A DNA stretch of 46,968 nt, taken from positions 1 to 46,968 of the forward strand of contig JAQBRN010000017.1 of the NCBI GenBank assembly GCA_028286465.1, read 5' to 3'. Under the pieces are notes generated by a model, which saw nothing but the letters and a program-made list of their open reading frames with translations, had not been told where the DNA came from and did no database searches. The DNA comes from Parcubacteria group bacterium (GTDB lineage Bacteria > Patescibacteriota > Minisyncoccia > Phycocordibacterales > Zambryskibacteraceae). Position numbers and translations under genes: made by a program. Below are positions 8,233-18,509 of this stretch, piece after piece; positions within the stretch are counted from its first letter, which is position 1; each line of letters opens with the position of its first letter.

Positions 8233-10401
8233 CTATTTTAATGTCCCCGCTTTGATCTGCGCGATGTACTGATCCGCGTCGGTTTTGTACTGTGGCAATG
8301 CCGTTTCGAACTTCTGAAGTTCGGCGATCGCGCCTGCGGTGTTGCCTGCCTTGAGATACGCGGCGGCGATATTCACATAGCCCTGCGGGTCGGACGGGTT
8401 CGCGAGTACGCGTGCTTCGAGAATAGCGATGAGATCGCTCGTGCGGTTCGTGGCGAGATACGCGCCTGCGACGCGGTCGTCCGAGAGAAGCGCCGGAGCC
8501 TTCGTGAGAAGGTCATTCTTCAGGGTCGTCTCGAGTCCCCTGTCGCCGGCGTAGATCGCGCCGACCAAGTATGCCGCTTCCGCATCGGTGTCGGCCGTGT
8601 CGAGCTCGTATGCGGTCTTCAGTGTCTTTAGAGCCGCCTGATAATCGCCCTTGTTGATGGAGATGCCGGCGATCTCGAAGTACACGAGCTGCTTTCCCGG
8701 AGTCAGGGTTTGTGCCTTATCGAGATACGTCAGTGCCGCGTCGAATTGTCCGGTATTCTCGAGGAAGGTTCCGGCGAGGAGCTGGTACCTGGCATCGCCC
8801 GAAAGTTCCGCCGCCTGACCCTCGACGGCCTTGATCGCGAAGACGTAGAAGGCGTTCTTATCTGCCGTAGAAAGCGTGCTTGCGAGAATCGACGGAGCGT
8901 TCGACGCGATCTGCTCGACTATTTCCGGACGGCCGAGACGGGCTTCGCCATAGGCCTTCTCGAAAGCGGATACCGCACCGGCGGCATCGCTCGTCTGTAT
9001 GGACTGAAGGGCGGAAATAAGCGTGGCGTTCGCGTTGATCGGACGGATGTTGACGAAGTAGACCGTCACAAGCAGTAAGACGAGAACGACGGGAGTGCCG
9101 ATATTTCTGACCGTTTCTTCATTCATCGTCTTCTCTCCGAAGAACGGAGCGGCGGCGACATGAAGATCGACGAAGGCGAGAACGGATATAAACAGGATAT
9201 AGCTGATGAGGTGATCGAACACGAAGAGATTATGGAAGAAGTATGCCGCCACGAGGCCCGTGATGAGGGCTCGATCGGCGCTTGAAAGGCCGTTCTCTTT
9301 CTTCCACACATAATAGAGCAGTACGACGTAGAGCGAGAGGTATGCGAGAAGTCCGAGAAGTCCGCCGGCGATCGCCCAGTCAAGGAAAATATTGTGGGCA
9401 CGGTCGAACCACGGTTCGAGCTGGAACATTTCGGGAGAATAATGCTCGTTGAAGACGTAATTGAAGTTCTCCTGTCCCCAGCCAAGAAGCGGATGCTCCT
9501 TCACGCCCTGTACGGCCATCGGCCAGACGAAAGAGCGGCCCTCGGTCTTCAGTTCCGAAGAACTGATGGTAGCGAAGCGCTCGAGCACCTGGCTGTTCTT
9601 CACGAAACTCGTATTCTTGAATGCGAAGAACCCAAGGACGATGACAGCGAACACGGCCACGTATGCGATGGAGAGCTTCCGCTCGAGCTTGTTTTCCCGG
9701 TTCTTCAAACCGAGAAGCGCGGTAATGAGAAGGCCGCCCAAGAGACCGAGAATGGCGCCACGAGTAGCGGTGTAGTAGAGAACGATGGTAAGAACGAGAG
9801 CCAGGAGACCATAGACCCATCTCGTGACGTTCGACTTCTCCCGCACCATATAGAAGAGTGCGATGAAAATGTGGAAGAGCATGTACACGGCCAGGTATGC
9901 CGCGTTACCAAGCGTGCCGTCAACACGAGCGCCGCCCTGATGGATCTCGAGCACGCCCAAGAGCTGGAAGAAGCAGTAGATCGCCATGAGGAAAGCGGCC
10001 GCCAGAGACGTGTTCCAAAAGCGCTTCCAGTCGATCTCCCTGAAGGTGTTACGGATAACGAGATAGAACATCCCGAGATGAAGAAGCGAGACGAAACCTT
10101 CCATGCGTTCGGAATTCGACCAGAAGCTTTTCATGGGCGCGGCACCGAAGAGGTCGGCGAGCCCGATCACGATGATGAATATGAAGAGCGCGTATGTGGT
10201 CCATGTCTTCTTCGGACGATACACGGGATCGATGAGGGCCAAAAGAGCCCAGGCCGCGAAGATCACCTCGACGATAATGCGGAAAACGTAGCCCTTGGTC
10301 GTAATGAACGGGAAAAACAATGATGACGATACAAGAAACGGGATAAAAGGAATGATAAAGAGCCCGGCAAGCGCGATCCACTTCAGTGTATTTCTGGTCA
10401 T
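8233..10401 (-). CDS. O-antigen ligase/Wzy_C family polytopic membrane protein with C-terminal TPR-like repeats (candidate oligosaccharyltransferase)
   Basis: Many TMs with GTLGNAAYLA, TATRGA, PLLGWGQENF, FDRAHNIFLD..IAGGLLG, followed by a helical TPR-like tail. Start moved to MTRNTLK (ATG 10401), which has a -10 box 6 nt upstream. Confidence 0.85.
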   Translation of the reverse strand: MTRNTLKWIALAGLFIIPFIPFLVSSSLFFPFITTKGYVFRIIVEVIFAAWALLALIDPVYRPKKTWTTYALFIFIIVIGLADLFGAAPMKSFWSNSERMEGFVSLLHLGMFYLVIRNTFREIDWKRFWNTSLAAAFLMAIYCFFQLLGVLEIHQGGARVDGTLGNAAYLAVYMLFHIFIALFYMVREKSNVTRWVYGLLALVLTIVLYYTATRGAILGLLGGLLITALLGLKNRENKLERKLSIAYVAVFAVIVLGFFAFKNTSFVKNSQVLERFATISSSELKTEGRSFVWPMAVQGVKEHPLLGWGQENFNYVFNEHYSPEMFQLEPWFDRAHNIFLDWAIAGGLLGLLAYLSLYVVLLYYVWKKENGLSSADRALITGLVAAYFFHNLFVFDHLISYILFISVLAFVDLHVAAAPFFGEKTMNEETVRNIGTPVVLVLLLVTVYFVNIRPINANATLISALQSIQTSDAAGAVSAFEKAYGEARLGRPEIVEQIASNAPSILASTLSTADKNAFYVFAIKAVEGQAAELSGDARYQLLAGTFLENTGQFDAALTYLDKAQTLTPGKQLVYFEIAGISINKGDYQAALKTLKTAYELDTADTDAEAAYLVGAIYAGDRGLETTLKNDLLTKAPALLSDDRVAGAYLATNRTSDLIAILEARVLANPSDPQGYVNIAAAYLKAGNTAGAIAELQKFETALPQYKTDADQYIAQIKAGTLK

Positions 10402-10423
10402 ACGGATATGGTAGCATAAAGCC

Positions 10424-11704
10424 GTGAACACCCTCAAAACGCGCATCTATGGCCTCCTACGGAAGAGCGAGGCTATTTTTAAGACCGATATGGTCTACCT
10501 CGCCAAGGGCGGCTTCTGGCTCGGCTTCGGGCAGGTCATTTCCGCCCTGCTTTCCTTCGCCTCTTCGCTCTTCTTCGCCAATATCATCTCGAAGGATCTG
10601 TACGGCAATTACAAATACATCATCGCGACCACGAGCATCCTCGGCTCCATTTCCCTGAGCGGCATGGGTGCCGTGGTCATCCAGGGAGTGGCGCAGGGAG
10701 CGGAAGGCACCCTCAAAGATGCCGTCAGCACGAGCCTGCGCTGGGGATCCTTGACCGCTATCGCAGCCCTGTCCACGTCCCTCTACTATTTCTCGCATCA
10801 CAACACCGCGCTCGGCGTTTCCATGCTTATCGCCGGAGCATCGCTTCCTCTGACGAACGCCTTCAGCTTGTACGGCAGCTACCTTTCGGGCAAGAAGAAT
10901 TTCAAACGAAGCACTCTCTACAACACCGGCTCGCAGATCGTGACGACCGCGGCTCTCATCATTACCGCGGCCGCAACGAAAAGCATTCTCGCCATGGTAG
11001 CGGTATATTTTACCCTGGGTACCATTTCCATCCTCTGGGCGTACAGGCATGTTCTCTCCACGTATCATCTCAACGACACGAGAGACCACTCGCTCATCCC
11101 CTACAGCAAGCATCTCTCCGTCATGAATCTTTTCAGCGTCGTTGCAAACCAGCTCGACAAGATCCTGGTCTTCCATTATCTCGGCGCCATCAATCTCGCC
11201 GTCTACTCCTTTTCCCAAGCCATCCCTGAACAGGTGAAGGGCGTCTTCAAGAGCCTCTTCGGAATCGCCCTGCCGAAATATGCGACCCTTTCCGAGGAGA
11301 ACATGAGAGCGAGCATCAAGAGCAAAGCCCTACTTCTCACCGGTCTCACCGTCATTGTCGTCTTCGCCTATGTCCTCGCAGCGCCATTCATATTCAAACT
11401 TCTCTTTCCGAAATACCTCGAGGCGGTCCTCTACTCCCAGATCTACATGCTCGGACTTATTACCATCCCGGCTATTTCCCTCTTCGGAATATATTTCCAG
11501 CTGAAAAAGGCGACCGAAGTACTCTACAAGCTCACCGTCATCGGCAACGTTGCGACGATCATTCTGGGCTTCGTACTCATTTATAACTTCGGGCTGAAGG
11601 GAGCGGTTATAGAAAACGGAGCCTCATGGGCCATCATGCTTTTCAGCAACTGGTACTACTTTGCCAAGGACACACCGGCGCCCCAGACCCTCCGTCCTCA
11701 TTGA
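10424..11704 (+). CDS. Wzx/MATE-like oligosaccharide flippase
   Basis: ~12 TMs with YGNYKY, NQLDKILV..YLG..LAVYS, LIYNFGLKGA. Confidence 0.85.
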   Translation: MNTLKTRIYGLLRKSEAIFKTDMVYLAKGGFWLGFGQVISALLSFASSLFFANIISKDLYGNYKYIIATTSILGSISLSGMGAVVIQGVAQGAEGTLKDAVSTSLRWGSLTAIAALSTSLYYFSHHNTALGVSMLIAGASLPLTNAFSLYGSYLSGKKNFKRSTLYNTGSQIVTTAALIITAAATKSILAMVAVYFTLGTISILWAYRHVLSTYHLNDTRDHSLIPYSKHLSVMNLFSVVANQLDKILVFHYLGAINLAVYSFSQAIPEQVKGVFKSLFGIALPKYATLSEENMRASIKSKALLLTGLTVIVVFAYVLAAPFIFKLLFPKYLEAVLYSQIYMLGLITIPAISLFGIYFQLKKATEVLYKLTVIGNVATIILGFVLIYNFGLKGAVIENGASWAIMLFSNWYYFAKDTPAPQTLRPH

Positions 11705-12423
11705 TTCGACTTTTTCTTCAGGAGATAGATCCTCTCGTGGAATAATTCGGGCAAAATATATTTGAGCAGCGACTCGAGCGCCGGCTGGATGATCCTTGCA
11801 AGGAAAGGGAGTTTCCAGATCAGAGGGATAAACAAGCCGTATGTCTCCTTTCCGACGATATCGAAATGCCTGCCGAGGATTTCTTCGTACTCGCCGAATC
11901 TGCGGTAGGTCTTCGCATTGGCATTACCTTTAAGTTTCAAGAAAGCGCGCAGGGAATACTTCGAGGGCAGCGAAGAGATGCAGTAGCCGCCCTCTTTCAA
12001 CCCGGCGAGAACATAAGGAATTTCATCCTTGAGCATGGGCGGCAGGAGGAATCCTACTTCGAGGATCATGTCGTATCGCTTCTCCGGATCATTCTGACCG
12101 CGCAAGGCGAAGGAGACGCGGGGATCGCGGTTCCTTTTGTTCGCCTCTTCGATCATCCCGGGAGAAATATCGATGCCCAGAATACTTGCGAACATGTCAG
12201 GGAACATTTTCTCTATCTTGCGTATGACGATCCCGTCCGCGCAGCCGACCTCGAGAAGGTCGAGGCCCCGCTTACCCTCTCCGGCCTTTCGCACATAGCC
12301 GAGCACGTAAGCCAATCTCTTCCTGAAATAGAACTGGGTAAAATCCACCATTTCCGAGTCGTATCTCTTTTCGGAATAGACGGAACTCTCCTTGTCGTAA
12401 TATGTTATCGCTTCCTGATCCAT
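11698..12423 (-). CDS. Class I SAM-dependent methyltransferase
   Basis: LLEVGCADG motif I, GIDISPGM motif II. Confidence 0.85.
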   Translation of the reverse strand: MDQEAITYYDKESSVYSEKRYDSEMVDFTQFYFRKRLAYVLGYVRKAGEGKRGLDLLEVGCADGIVIRKIEKMFPDMFASILGIDISPGMIEEANKRNRDPRVSFALRGQNDPEKRYDMILEVGFLLPPMLKDEIPYVLAGLKEGGYCISSLPSKYSLRAFLKLKGNANAKTYRRFGEYEEILGRHFDIVGKETYGLFIPLIWKLPFLARIIQPALESLLKYILPELFHERIYLLKKKSNQ

Positions 12424-12429
12424 AGTCGC

Positions 12430-13017
12430 TTATTTTACCGCATAGACATAAAATCCCCTCGTCGTATGGCGCTTCCCTTCGGTTTTGAAAAGACGATCGA
12501 GAAAGGCGGCCGGACGCTCGAGCTTCCGCTTGTCGAACGGCAAAAACACGACCATTGCCCGGAAGAACCCTCCCTGCTTCATGATTTCGACGCTTGAAAA
12601 ATCCCTGAAGAGGTAGACGAGCGTATCTTCGAAGAACCGCCAGTAGTCGCCGTACTCCTTATTGGCATGGTACGGATAGGTCGAGGGTACCTGGATCAGG
12701 GCGAGCCCTCCGGGCTTCAGAATTCTCCGCATCTCCTCAACCGCCCGGATCGGATCATGCACGTGTTCGAGGACGGCATTGCAGATGACCGCGTCCTCGC
12801 TTTCGGAATCCATCGGCATGTGATGGATATCCCCTTCGATATCCGCTCCCGCACCCGGCATGTCGAATGAGCGGAAATTCGCATCATTGAACAAGTGTCT
12901 GTACGGTACGAGCCCTTTCGAAAATCTCCCGGCTCCGCCGACGTCGACGATATTCTTCCTCTGTCCGATCAAGCGAAGCTTCTCTTCGAAAAAAATGTGG
13001 TCCTTTTGCTTATTCAT
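12430..13017 (-). CDS. Methyltransferase type 11
   Basis: IVDVGGAG, ICNAVLEHVHDP, RILKPGG, YH...DYWRF. Confidence 0.85.
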   Translation of the reverse strand: MNKQKDHIFFEEKLRLIGQRKNIVDVGGAGRFSKGLVPYRHLFNDANFRSFDMPGAGADIEGDIHHMPMDSESEDAVICNAVLEHVHDPIRAVEEMRRILKPGGLALIQVPSTYPYHANKEYGDYWRFFEDTLVYLFRDFSSVEIMKQGGFFRAMVVFLPFDKRKLERPAAFLDRLFKTEGKRHTTRGFYVYAVK

Positions 13018-13021
13018 ATGA

Positions 13022-13663
13022 TCATGCCGGAAGCTTCCTGCAAGCGATATAATATCCCGTCGTCAGTATATTCCCCTCCTCCCTTGAACGCTGGATGTTG
13101 CCGTATTCCTTCATGATAAGCCAGTTAAGATGGTCGAACAACCATGTGAGACAGAGGAGGAAGACTTTCGAGAATGTATTCATGCGGAGCTCGGTCTGGA
13201 AGGATATCCGCTGCAGAAGAGCCGCCACGGCCGAAAATGTCTTCGTTTCCTCGCGAAGCTCGACGATCTCCCATTCCTTGAAAAGTTCGCGCAAGCCGTA
13301 CTTGGTGAAGCGCCAGTAATCATGAGGAGTGTCGTGGAGCGGAAAGGCGAATCGCGTCGAGAGCACGAGCATGCCGCCGGCCCTTGTCACCCGGCGAAGT
13401 TCCCGCTCGACCTGGAACGGATCCCGCACGTGCTCGAGAACCTCGGTGCAGAGCACTGCTTCGAATTCTCCATCCGTGAACGGCAGAGCATGCGCGTCCG
13501 CGACGATTTCGGGCTTGCGCGCCGGGTCGATGTCGACCGTCACCCTGTTGGGGAAAAAACGTCCGTATGAAGAACCGCCCGACCCGATATCAAGAGTGCG
13601 TGCATCCGTCGCATACGACCGAAGGAACTTCTCCAAGTGGCCACGGGTAATTTTTTTAGTCAT
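13022..13663 (-). CDS. Methyltransferase type 11
   Basis: TLDIGSGG, LCTEVLEHVRDP, LHDTPHDYWRFT. Start moved to MTKKITR (13663), overlapping the upstream GT stop. Confidence 0.85.
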   Translation of the reverse strand: MTKKITRGHLEKFLRSYATDARTLDIGSGGSSYGRFFPNRVTVDIDPARKPEIVADAHALPFTDGEFEAVLCTEVLEHVRDPFQVERELRRVTRAGGMLVLSTRFAFPLHDTPHDYWRFTKYGLRELFKEWEIVELREETKTFSAVAALLQRISFQTELRMNTFSKVFLLCLTWLFDHLNWLIMKEYGNIQRSREEGNILTTGYYIACRKLPA

Positions 13664-14774
13664 GAATGAACTGGATGATTTTCTTCGCCCGTTTCTGCCA
13701 GGAATACTCTTCAGCAAGCGCCAAGGCCCGCCCGGCCTTCTCTCGTGCGTTCTCCGTATCGGCGAGCACCGTATCGATCGTGCGAGCGAGACTCCGAGCA
13801 TCGTCCGGGATGAAGAAATACGCCTTGTCGTCGCTCAGGATCTCCCGAAGGCTCGGAAGATCGGAGGCGATTATCGGCCGTCCCCCGGCCATATAACCGA
13901 AGAGCTTCATGGGGGAGGTATAGAGTTTCGAAATGTCTTCCTTTGCGCTGTTCGGTATAACGAGAATGTCTGCGGCTTTCTGATATACCGGCGTTTCCCG
14001 GCGCGGACGGTTTCCTAGGATCGAAATATTCGTCATGCGAGCGAATCTTTTCTTGAACTCCGTTACATCCTCCGGCGTGCCTCCGATGAACACGAACAGA
14101 AGATCGTTCGTGTTCATAAACTCCGCCGATTCTGCAAGCGTTCCGGCGCCCTTCCAAGCCTCGAGCGAGCCCTTATAGAGAATGATCGCTTTGTCTTCAG
14201 GCAGACCGAGTGCTTTTCGTGCAGCTTCTTTCGAAAGATCGATATCGAAGCGCTTCAAGTCCGCGCCGTCCGCTGCCACGATGATCTGGTCTGCTTTGGC
14301 CCCAAGAGACACGTAGAGATCGCGTAACCCTTCGGTGATGACGACGATCTTCACCCCGTGACGAATGATAGATCTAATAAAAAAGCCGCCATGCCCCATA
14401 TGCCCTTCCCAGACGACGCGCCGCCCGAACAAATTGAGCCACCAGGCGGTGAACGCATCGCGGGTATAGAAGAGCGCCTGGCGATTCTTGAGCATGTAGA
14501 AGAACATTGCCTTGTTGAAGGTCATCATGAGGATGAAAAAGCCGAAGCGGCCGAAACGTGTTGCATCAATGCACCACAAACGCTTCACCGAGAAGTTCTT
14601 CTTGACGTCGTGATATACAAAAGCATCCTCTTTCACGGACGTATGGCGCCTCGGCACCACAAGCTGAACATCGAGTCCCGCGTCAGCAAAGGCACCGCAC
14701 ATCTCCATGATCTGAATACCGTGGGCCCTCTCCGTCGGCAAGCGGATATTCGCCACATAGAAGAATTTATCCAT
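13656..14774 (-). CDS. Glycosyltransferase family 4
   Basis: RLPTERAHGIQI, YTSPMKLFGYMAGGRPIIASDLP, YSWQKRA. Confidence 0.88.
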   Translation of the reverse strand: MDKFFYVANIRLPTERAHGIQIMEMCGAFADAGLDVQLVVPRRHTSVKEDAFVYHDVKKNFSVKRLWCIDATRFGRFGFFILMMTFNKAMFFYMLKNRQALFYTRDAFTAWWLNLFGRRVVWEGHMGHGGFFIRSIIRHGVKIVVITEGLRDLYVSLGAKADQIIVAADGADLKRFDIDLSKEAARKALGLPEDKAIILYKGSLEAWKGAGTLAESAEFMNTNDLLFVFIGGTPEDVTEFKKRFARMTNISILGNRPRRETPVYQKAADILVIPNSAKEDISKLYTSPMKLFGYMAGGRPIIASDLPSLREILSDDKAYFFIPDDARSLARTIDTVLADTENAREKAGRALALAEEYSWQKRAKKIIQFIHD

Positions 14775-15453
14775 TTTGATGAGTAATGTTGAGCATTTCG
14801 TGGTAATGGATGTCGCCGATCCACTCTCCGACCTTTTTCGGAGGATAGGTAAAGTTCGGAATATTTCGAGCGATGACGTACATATGAGGCGCGAAAGGCC
14901 GTACTAAAGCATCGAGTAATCGGCTTTTAAAAATGAATGGCCTCACTTCGATCGGTTTCCAGCCGGCAAACCCGACCGTGAGGCCAACCGTCCGAGCAGT
15001 GAAGAAATTGACATGGTTCGATGCAAGCGGCCCTCTCCATGCTGTGACGCGCATGAGAAACGGCAAGGAGGTCACGACCGGCACGCCGATGATGATAAGC
15101 GCATCGTCGTGAGCCAGGAGCTTCAATTTCATGAGAAAGGCATGCGGCGAGAGCAGATGCTCGAAGATGTTATTTGCCCAGAAAGCTTCGAAGTGTGCTC
15201 CGAGATTCGGATCGAGACGCTCGGCGTTGCCAAGGACAATCCTAAGCCCGCGAGACTTTCCGAATTCGACTTCCTCCTCTGCGGTCGTGATCCCGACGCT
15301 TCCCTTGCCGAAATGGGTGAGATATTGGCCGTAGCCGCAGCCTATGTCCAGGACGGCCTTCGACCCGAGCCCGAATCTGTCGCAGATATTTTTGAAGGTC
15401 CGCGAGAGGTTCACCCCCTCGAACCGCTCCGCTGTATTGGTTATTTTTTTCAT
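14767..15453 (-). CDS. Class I SAM-dependent methyltransferase
   Basis: VLDIGCGYG, NNIFEHLLSP, HVNFFT. Confidence 0.82.
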   Translation of the reverse strand: MKKITNTAERFEGVNLSRTFKNICDRFGLGSKAVLDIGCGYGQYLTHFGKGSVGITTAEEEVEFGKSRGLRIVLGNAERLDPNLGAHFEAFWANNIFEHLLSPHAFLMKLKLLAHDDALIIIGVPVVTSLPFLMRVTAWRGPLASNHVNFFTARTVGLTVGFAGWKPIEVRPFIFKSRLLDALVRPFAPHMYVIARNIPNFTYPPKKVGEWIGDIHYHEMLNITHQNG

Positions 15454-16418
15454 TATTTGAAAATGTAATGATTCTGAGACAAATACGGAATATCCTCTAC
15501 CGCCGCGCCGGACATCCGAGCTATCTCGCGCACGCCTTCGGCATTCGGCAGATTGACGTTCTTATCCTGGAAAGCCACGAGAACATGCTCCGCGGAATAC
15601 ATCCTTCTTTCCAAAACGAACTTCTGGGCAAAGGGCGAGCTTTCGCTTAAGGCCCAGGTCGACATGAACAGATCCGCCTTCACCGCATCGCATTGCTCTA
15701 TGAAGTTCAGCGGCAGTATGTTTATCTTCCCGCTCACGATGCTTTTCTCGGCGCTGTCTATGAAATTGACCCGTCCAACGCCGAGAACGGCCGAGAGATA
15801 GAGCGCCTGAATAGAGCTGAAGAGCGGAGTGTCTATTATAATATACGTATACGCCTTCGAAGCTTTCAGCCTGTCTACGAGAACGGCCAGTCTCCCATAT
15901 CCCCCGCCCCACTCAACAATGGTGTCCATCGAGGCGATCGACTTGCCTGTCGTTTCTTCGAAGCGCGCCACATGCGAGAGCAGGTGAATGCTGTTATGGG
16001 AAGTGAGATACGAATGCTGCATGATCATGGGCGCTCCTACCGGGTCTTCTCTCAGCACTGCTTTCAATACATGTTCGGGAAAGGTTCTTCTCAGGATCCG
16101 TATCTGGCTCTGCATCAATTTGCCGCTCTTTTGGGTGAACATGGTGAAGCCGATCAGGCTGTGCCTCAAGAAATTGAAAGGAATGCCGTTCTTCATTTCC
16201 TTCAGGAAAGTCTCGTTCATTCCTTTCCATAAAGGATCAATAAACCGGCCGAGATCCGCCCGGCAGAGCCTCTCCGCAGAAAGCATGAAATCTTTTTGCA
16301 TCGCATCGAAGCGCTCTTTCTCTTCGCTTCGGGAATTCATAAGCAGCCACTCGTACGGCCTGTCCGACAGGCGCGAGAAACGGTTCTTGACGCCTGCAAT
16401 GATTCTTTGGGAATTCAT
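15453..16418 (-). CDS. Putative sugar O-methyltransferase
   Basis: IVEWGGGYGRLA, IIIDTP, DLFMSTWALSE. Start moved to MNSQRII (16418), just after the fcl stop. Confidence 0.7.
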   Translation of the reverse strand: MNSQRIIAGVKNRFSRLSDRPYEWLLMNSRSEEKERFDAMQKDFMLSAERLCRADLGRFIDPLWKGMNETFLKEMKNGIPFNFLRHSLIGFTMFTQKSGKLMQSQIRILRRTFPEHVLKAVLREDPVGAPMIMQHSYLTSHNSIHLLSHVARFEETTGKSIASMDTIVEWGGGYGRLAVLVDRLKASKAYTYIIIDTPLFSSIQALYLSAVLGVGRVNFIDSAEKSIVSGKINILPLNFIEQCDAVKADLFMSTWALSESSPFAQKFVLERRMYSAEHVLVAFQDKNVNLPNAEGVREIARMSGAAVEDIPYLSQNHYIFK

Positions 16419-16419
16419 A

Positions 16420-17352
16420 TCAGCCGAGCGTGCTTGTAAAGTGCTCATGGGTCGACGAGAGACCCTGCTCGAGCTTGGTGTCGGCCTTCCAACCGAGTGT
16501 CTCGAGTTTCGAAACATCGAGAAGCTTCTTCGGCATGCCGTCGGGCTTCGTCGTATCGAAGACCAGAGCGCCTTCGAAGCCCGTGATGCCCTTTATAAGG
16601 ACGGCGAGCTCTTTTATGGAAACATCTTCCCCTGTTCCCACATTCAAAAAGTCTTTGCCGTCGTAATTATTCATAAGCCAGACAACCGCGTCGGCCAGAT
16701 CATCGACATAGAGGAACTCTCTTCTGGACTCCCCGCTTCCCCAGATGACCACCTCGGGAGTGTTTGCCATTTTTGCTTCATGCATTCTTCTCATCAGCGC
16801 CGGGATGACATGCGATGAATCGAGGTCGAAATTGTCTCCGGGGCCGTAGATGTTCGTCGGCATACATGAAATGAAGTTCCTGCCGTACTCGGCATTGATC
16901 TTCTCGCAGAGCTTCATGCCGGCGATCTTCGCTATGGCGTATGCCTCGTTCGTCGGCTCGGGCTTGCCGTCGAGGAAATATTCTTCCTTCATGGGCTGCG
17001 GGGACGCCTTCGGGTAGATGCACGAGCTTCCGAGGAACAGGAACTTCTCCGTATCATGCTTCAGGGCGGACCAGATGACATTGTTCTGGATCTGGAGATT
17101 TTCATACAAGAATTCCGCGGGATAGGTCATGTTGGCCTTGATCCCTCCCACTCGGGCCGCTGCCAGGATCACGTATGCGGGCTTTTCTTCCGCGAAGAAT
17201 CCATCCACCGCGCGCTGATCCAAGAGATCGAGTTCTTCCCTCGTACGCACGAGAAGGTTCTCGAAACCTTCCTGCTTAAGCTTCCGGACGATGGCGCTGC
17301 CGACGAGGCCATTGTGTCCGGCGATATAGATCTTTGAATCCTTGTTCATCAT
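16420..17352 (-). CDS. fcl: GDP-L-fucose synthase family epimerase-reductase (Fcl/WcaG; probably ColC-type in this context)
   Basis: AGHNGLVGSA, AAARVGGI, GSSCIYP, YAIAK, PTNIYGPGDNF, SHVIPAL, RREFLYVDD. Confidence 0.9.
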   Translation of the reverse strand: MMNKDSKIYIAGHNGLVGSAIVRKLKQEGFENLLVRTREELDLLDQRAVDGFFAEEKPAYVILAAARVGGIKANMTYPAEFLYENLQIQNNVIWSALKHDTEKFLFLGSSCIYPKASPQPMKEEYFLDGKPEPTNEAYAIAKIAGMKLCEKINAEYGRNFISCMPTNIYGPGDNFDLDSSHVIPALMRRMHEAKMANTPEVVIWGSGESRREFLYVDDLADAVVWLMNNYDGKDFLNVGTGEDVSIKELAVLIKGITGFEGALVFDTTKPDGMPKKLLDVSKLETLGWKADTKLEQGLSSTHEHFTSTLG

Positions 17353-18509
17353 GATGAAAGAAGCGAGACGATAAGAGAAACCTCCTCGTTTGTTAATTCT
17401 GGATTATTTGCGAAATAAAATCCATTCTGGTGGATGAATTCGGCATTGTCGTATCTCCTGAGATCGGATACGTACTTTTTATAGAAAGGCTGATTCAGCA
17501 TGTTGCCGGCGATGACGGGACGTATTTCCACATGAGGAGCGAATTTCTTCTTGTAGATTTCCGCCTGTGCTCGCGATACGGCGAGTACGGGCATAGCCAT
17601 GTTCGAAACGGTGTCCATATGCCCGTACTCGAGCGGCACGAGATCCTTGTTCTTCTCGATAGCCGACGCGAAGCGCTTGAAATTCGATTGTCTCTTCTTC
17701 ACTATCTCGTTCCAATGCGGAAGCTGGGTGTTGCCAAGAAAACCGGTCACCTCGGTCGGACGCGCGTTGTACGCGAGGTCGTGGAATATGTACTTGGCGT
17801 GGAACTCGTCGTGGCCATGCTTTCGGCGCAGCTTTTTCTGCCTGTCCGGGTGGAGATTTCTATCCCAGCCGTGAGCGCGAACGAGGACGAGCATTTCGTG
17901 GAGGATGTCGTCATCCGTCGTGACCATGCCTCCTTCTATAGTGGAGAGGTGATGCCCGACGAAGAACGAGAAGGTCGACGCAATGCCGAAATTCCCGAGA
18001 AGCTTGCCTCCGGTCCTCGATCCGAGCGACTCGCAGTTGTCTTCTATGAGCGTGACGCGATGCTTCTTACAAAGCTTTTCTATCTTCGAAATATCATCCG
18101 AAAGCCCGAGCACGTTCGTAATGAAAAGTCCCTTGAGCTTCCCCAACTTCTTCTCCACTTCTTCGGGCGTCACGTTCAGGGTCGTCCTGCTGACGTCGAG
18201 AATGACCGGCACGAGCCCGAGCTGCAAAAGCGGCATGATGTTCGTCGCCCAAGTCAAAGCCGAAACGCCGATCCTGTCTCCCTTTTTAAACATTCCCAAA
18301 TTCATCATGGCCTGTACGAGAATGAGATTCGCCATCGAGCCGCTCGAGACGAGTACCGCGTACTTCCTGCCCTGCTTTTTGGCGAAGGCTTTCTCGAACT
18401 TCGCGCATTCCTTGCCCATGGAAAGGGTCGACGCGCCGGAGATGAAATCGATGAGCGACTGTTTCGTCTCCTTTTCTTTATAGAAAGTGGATTTGACGAG
18501 GTGTATCAT
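17349..18509 (-). CDS. colD: PLP-dependent GDP-4-keto-6-deoxy-D-mannose 3-dehydratase (ColD-like; DegT family with His in place of the Schiff-base Lys)
   Basis: [32 protein letters not shown] (His, not Lys), RAHGWDRNL with no Fe-S cysteines. Lies between gmd and fcl. Start MIHLVK (18509) overlaps the gmd stop as ATGA. Confidence 0.78.
   Translation of the reverse strand: MIHLVKSTFYKEKETKQSLIDFISGASTLSMGKECAKFEKAFAKKQGRKYAVLVSSGSMANLILVQAMMNLGMFKKGDRIGVSALTWATNIMPLLQLGLVPVILDVSRTTLNVTPEEVEKKLGKLKGLFITNVLGLSDDISKIEKLCKKHRVTLIEDNCESLGSRTGGKLLGNFGIASTFSFFVGHHLSTIEGGMVTTDDDILHEMLVLVRAHGWDRNLHPDRQKKLRRKHGHDEFHAKYIFHDLAYNARPTEVTGFLGNTQLPHWNEIVKKRQSNFKRFASAIEKNKDLVPLEYGHMDTVSNMAMPVLAVSRAQAEIYKKKFAPHVEIRPVIAGNMLNQPFYKKYVSDLRRYDNAEFIHQNGFYFANNPELTNEEVSLIVSLLSS

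Noticed and set aside
7818-8272. Track ORFs 7818..8108(-) and 8066..8272(+)
   Set aside because: The first runs through the terminator and the second through the promoter and palindrome. The 27-aa frame fits the signals better.
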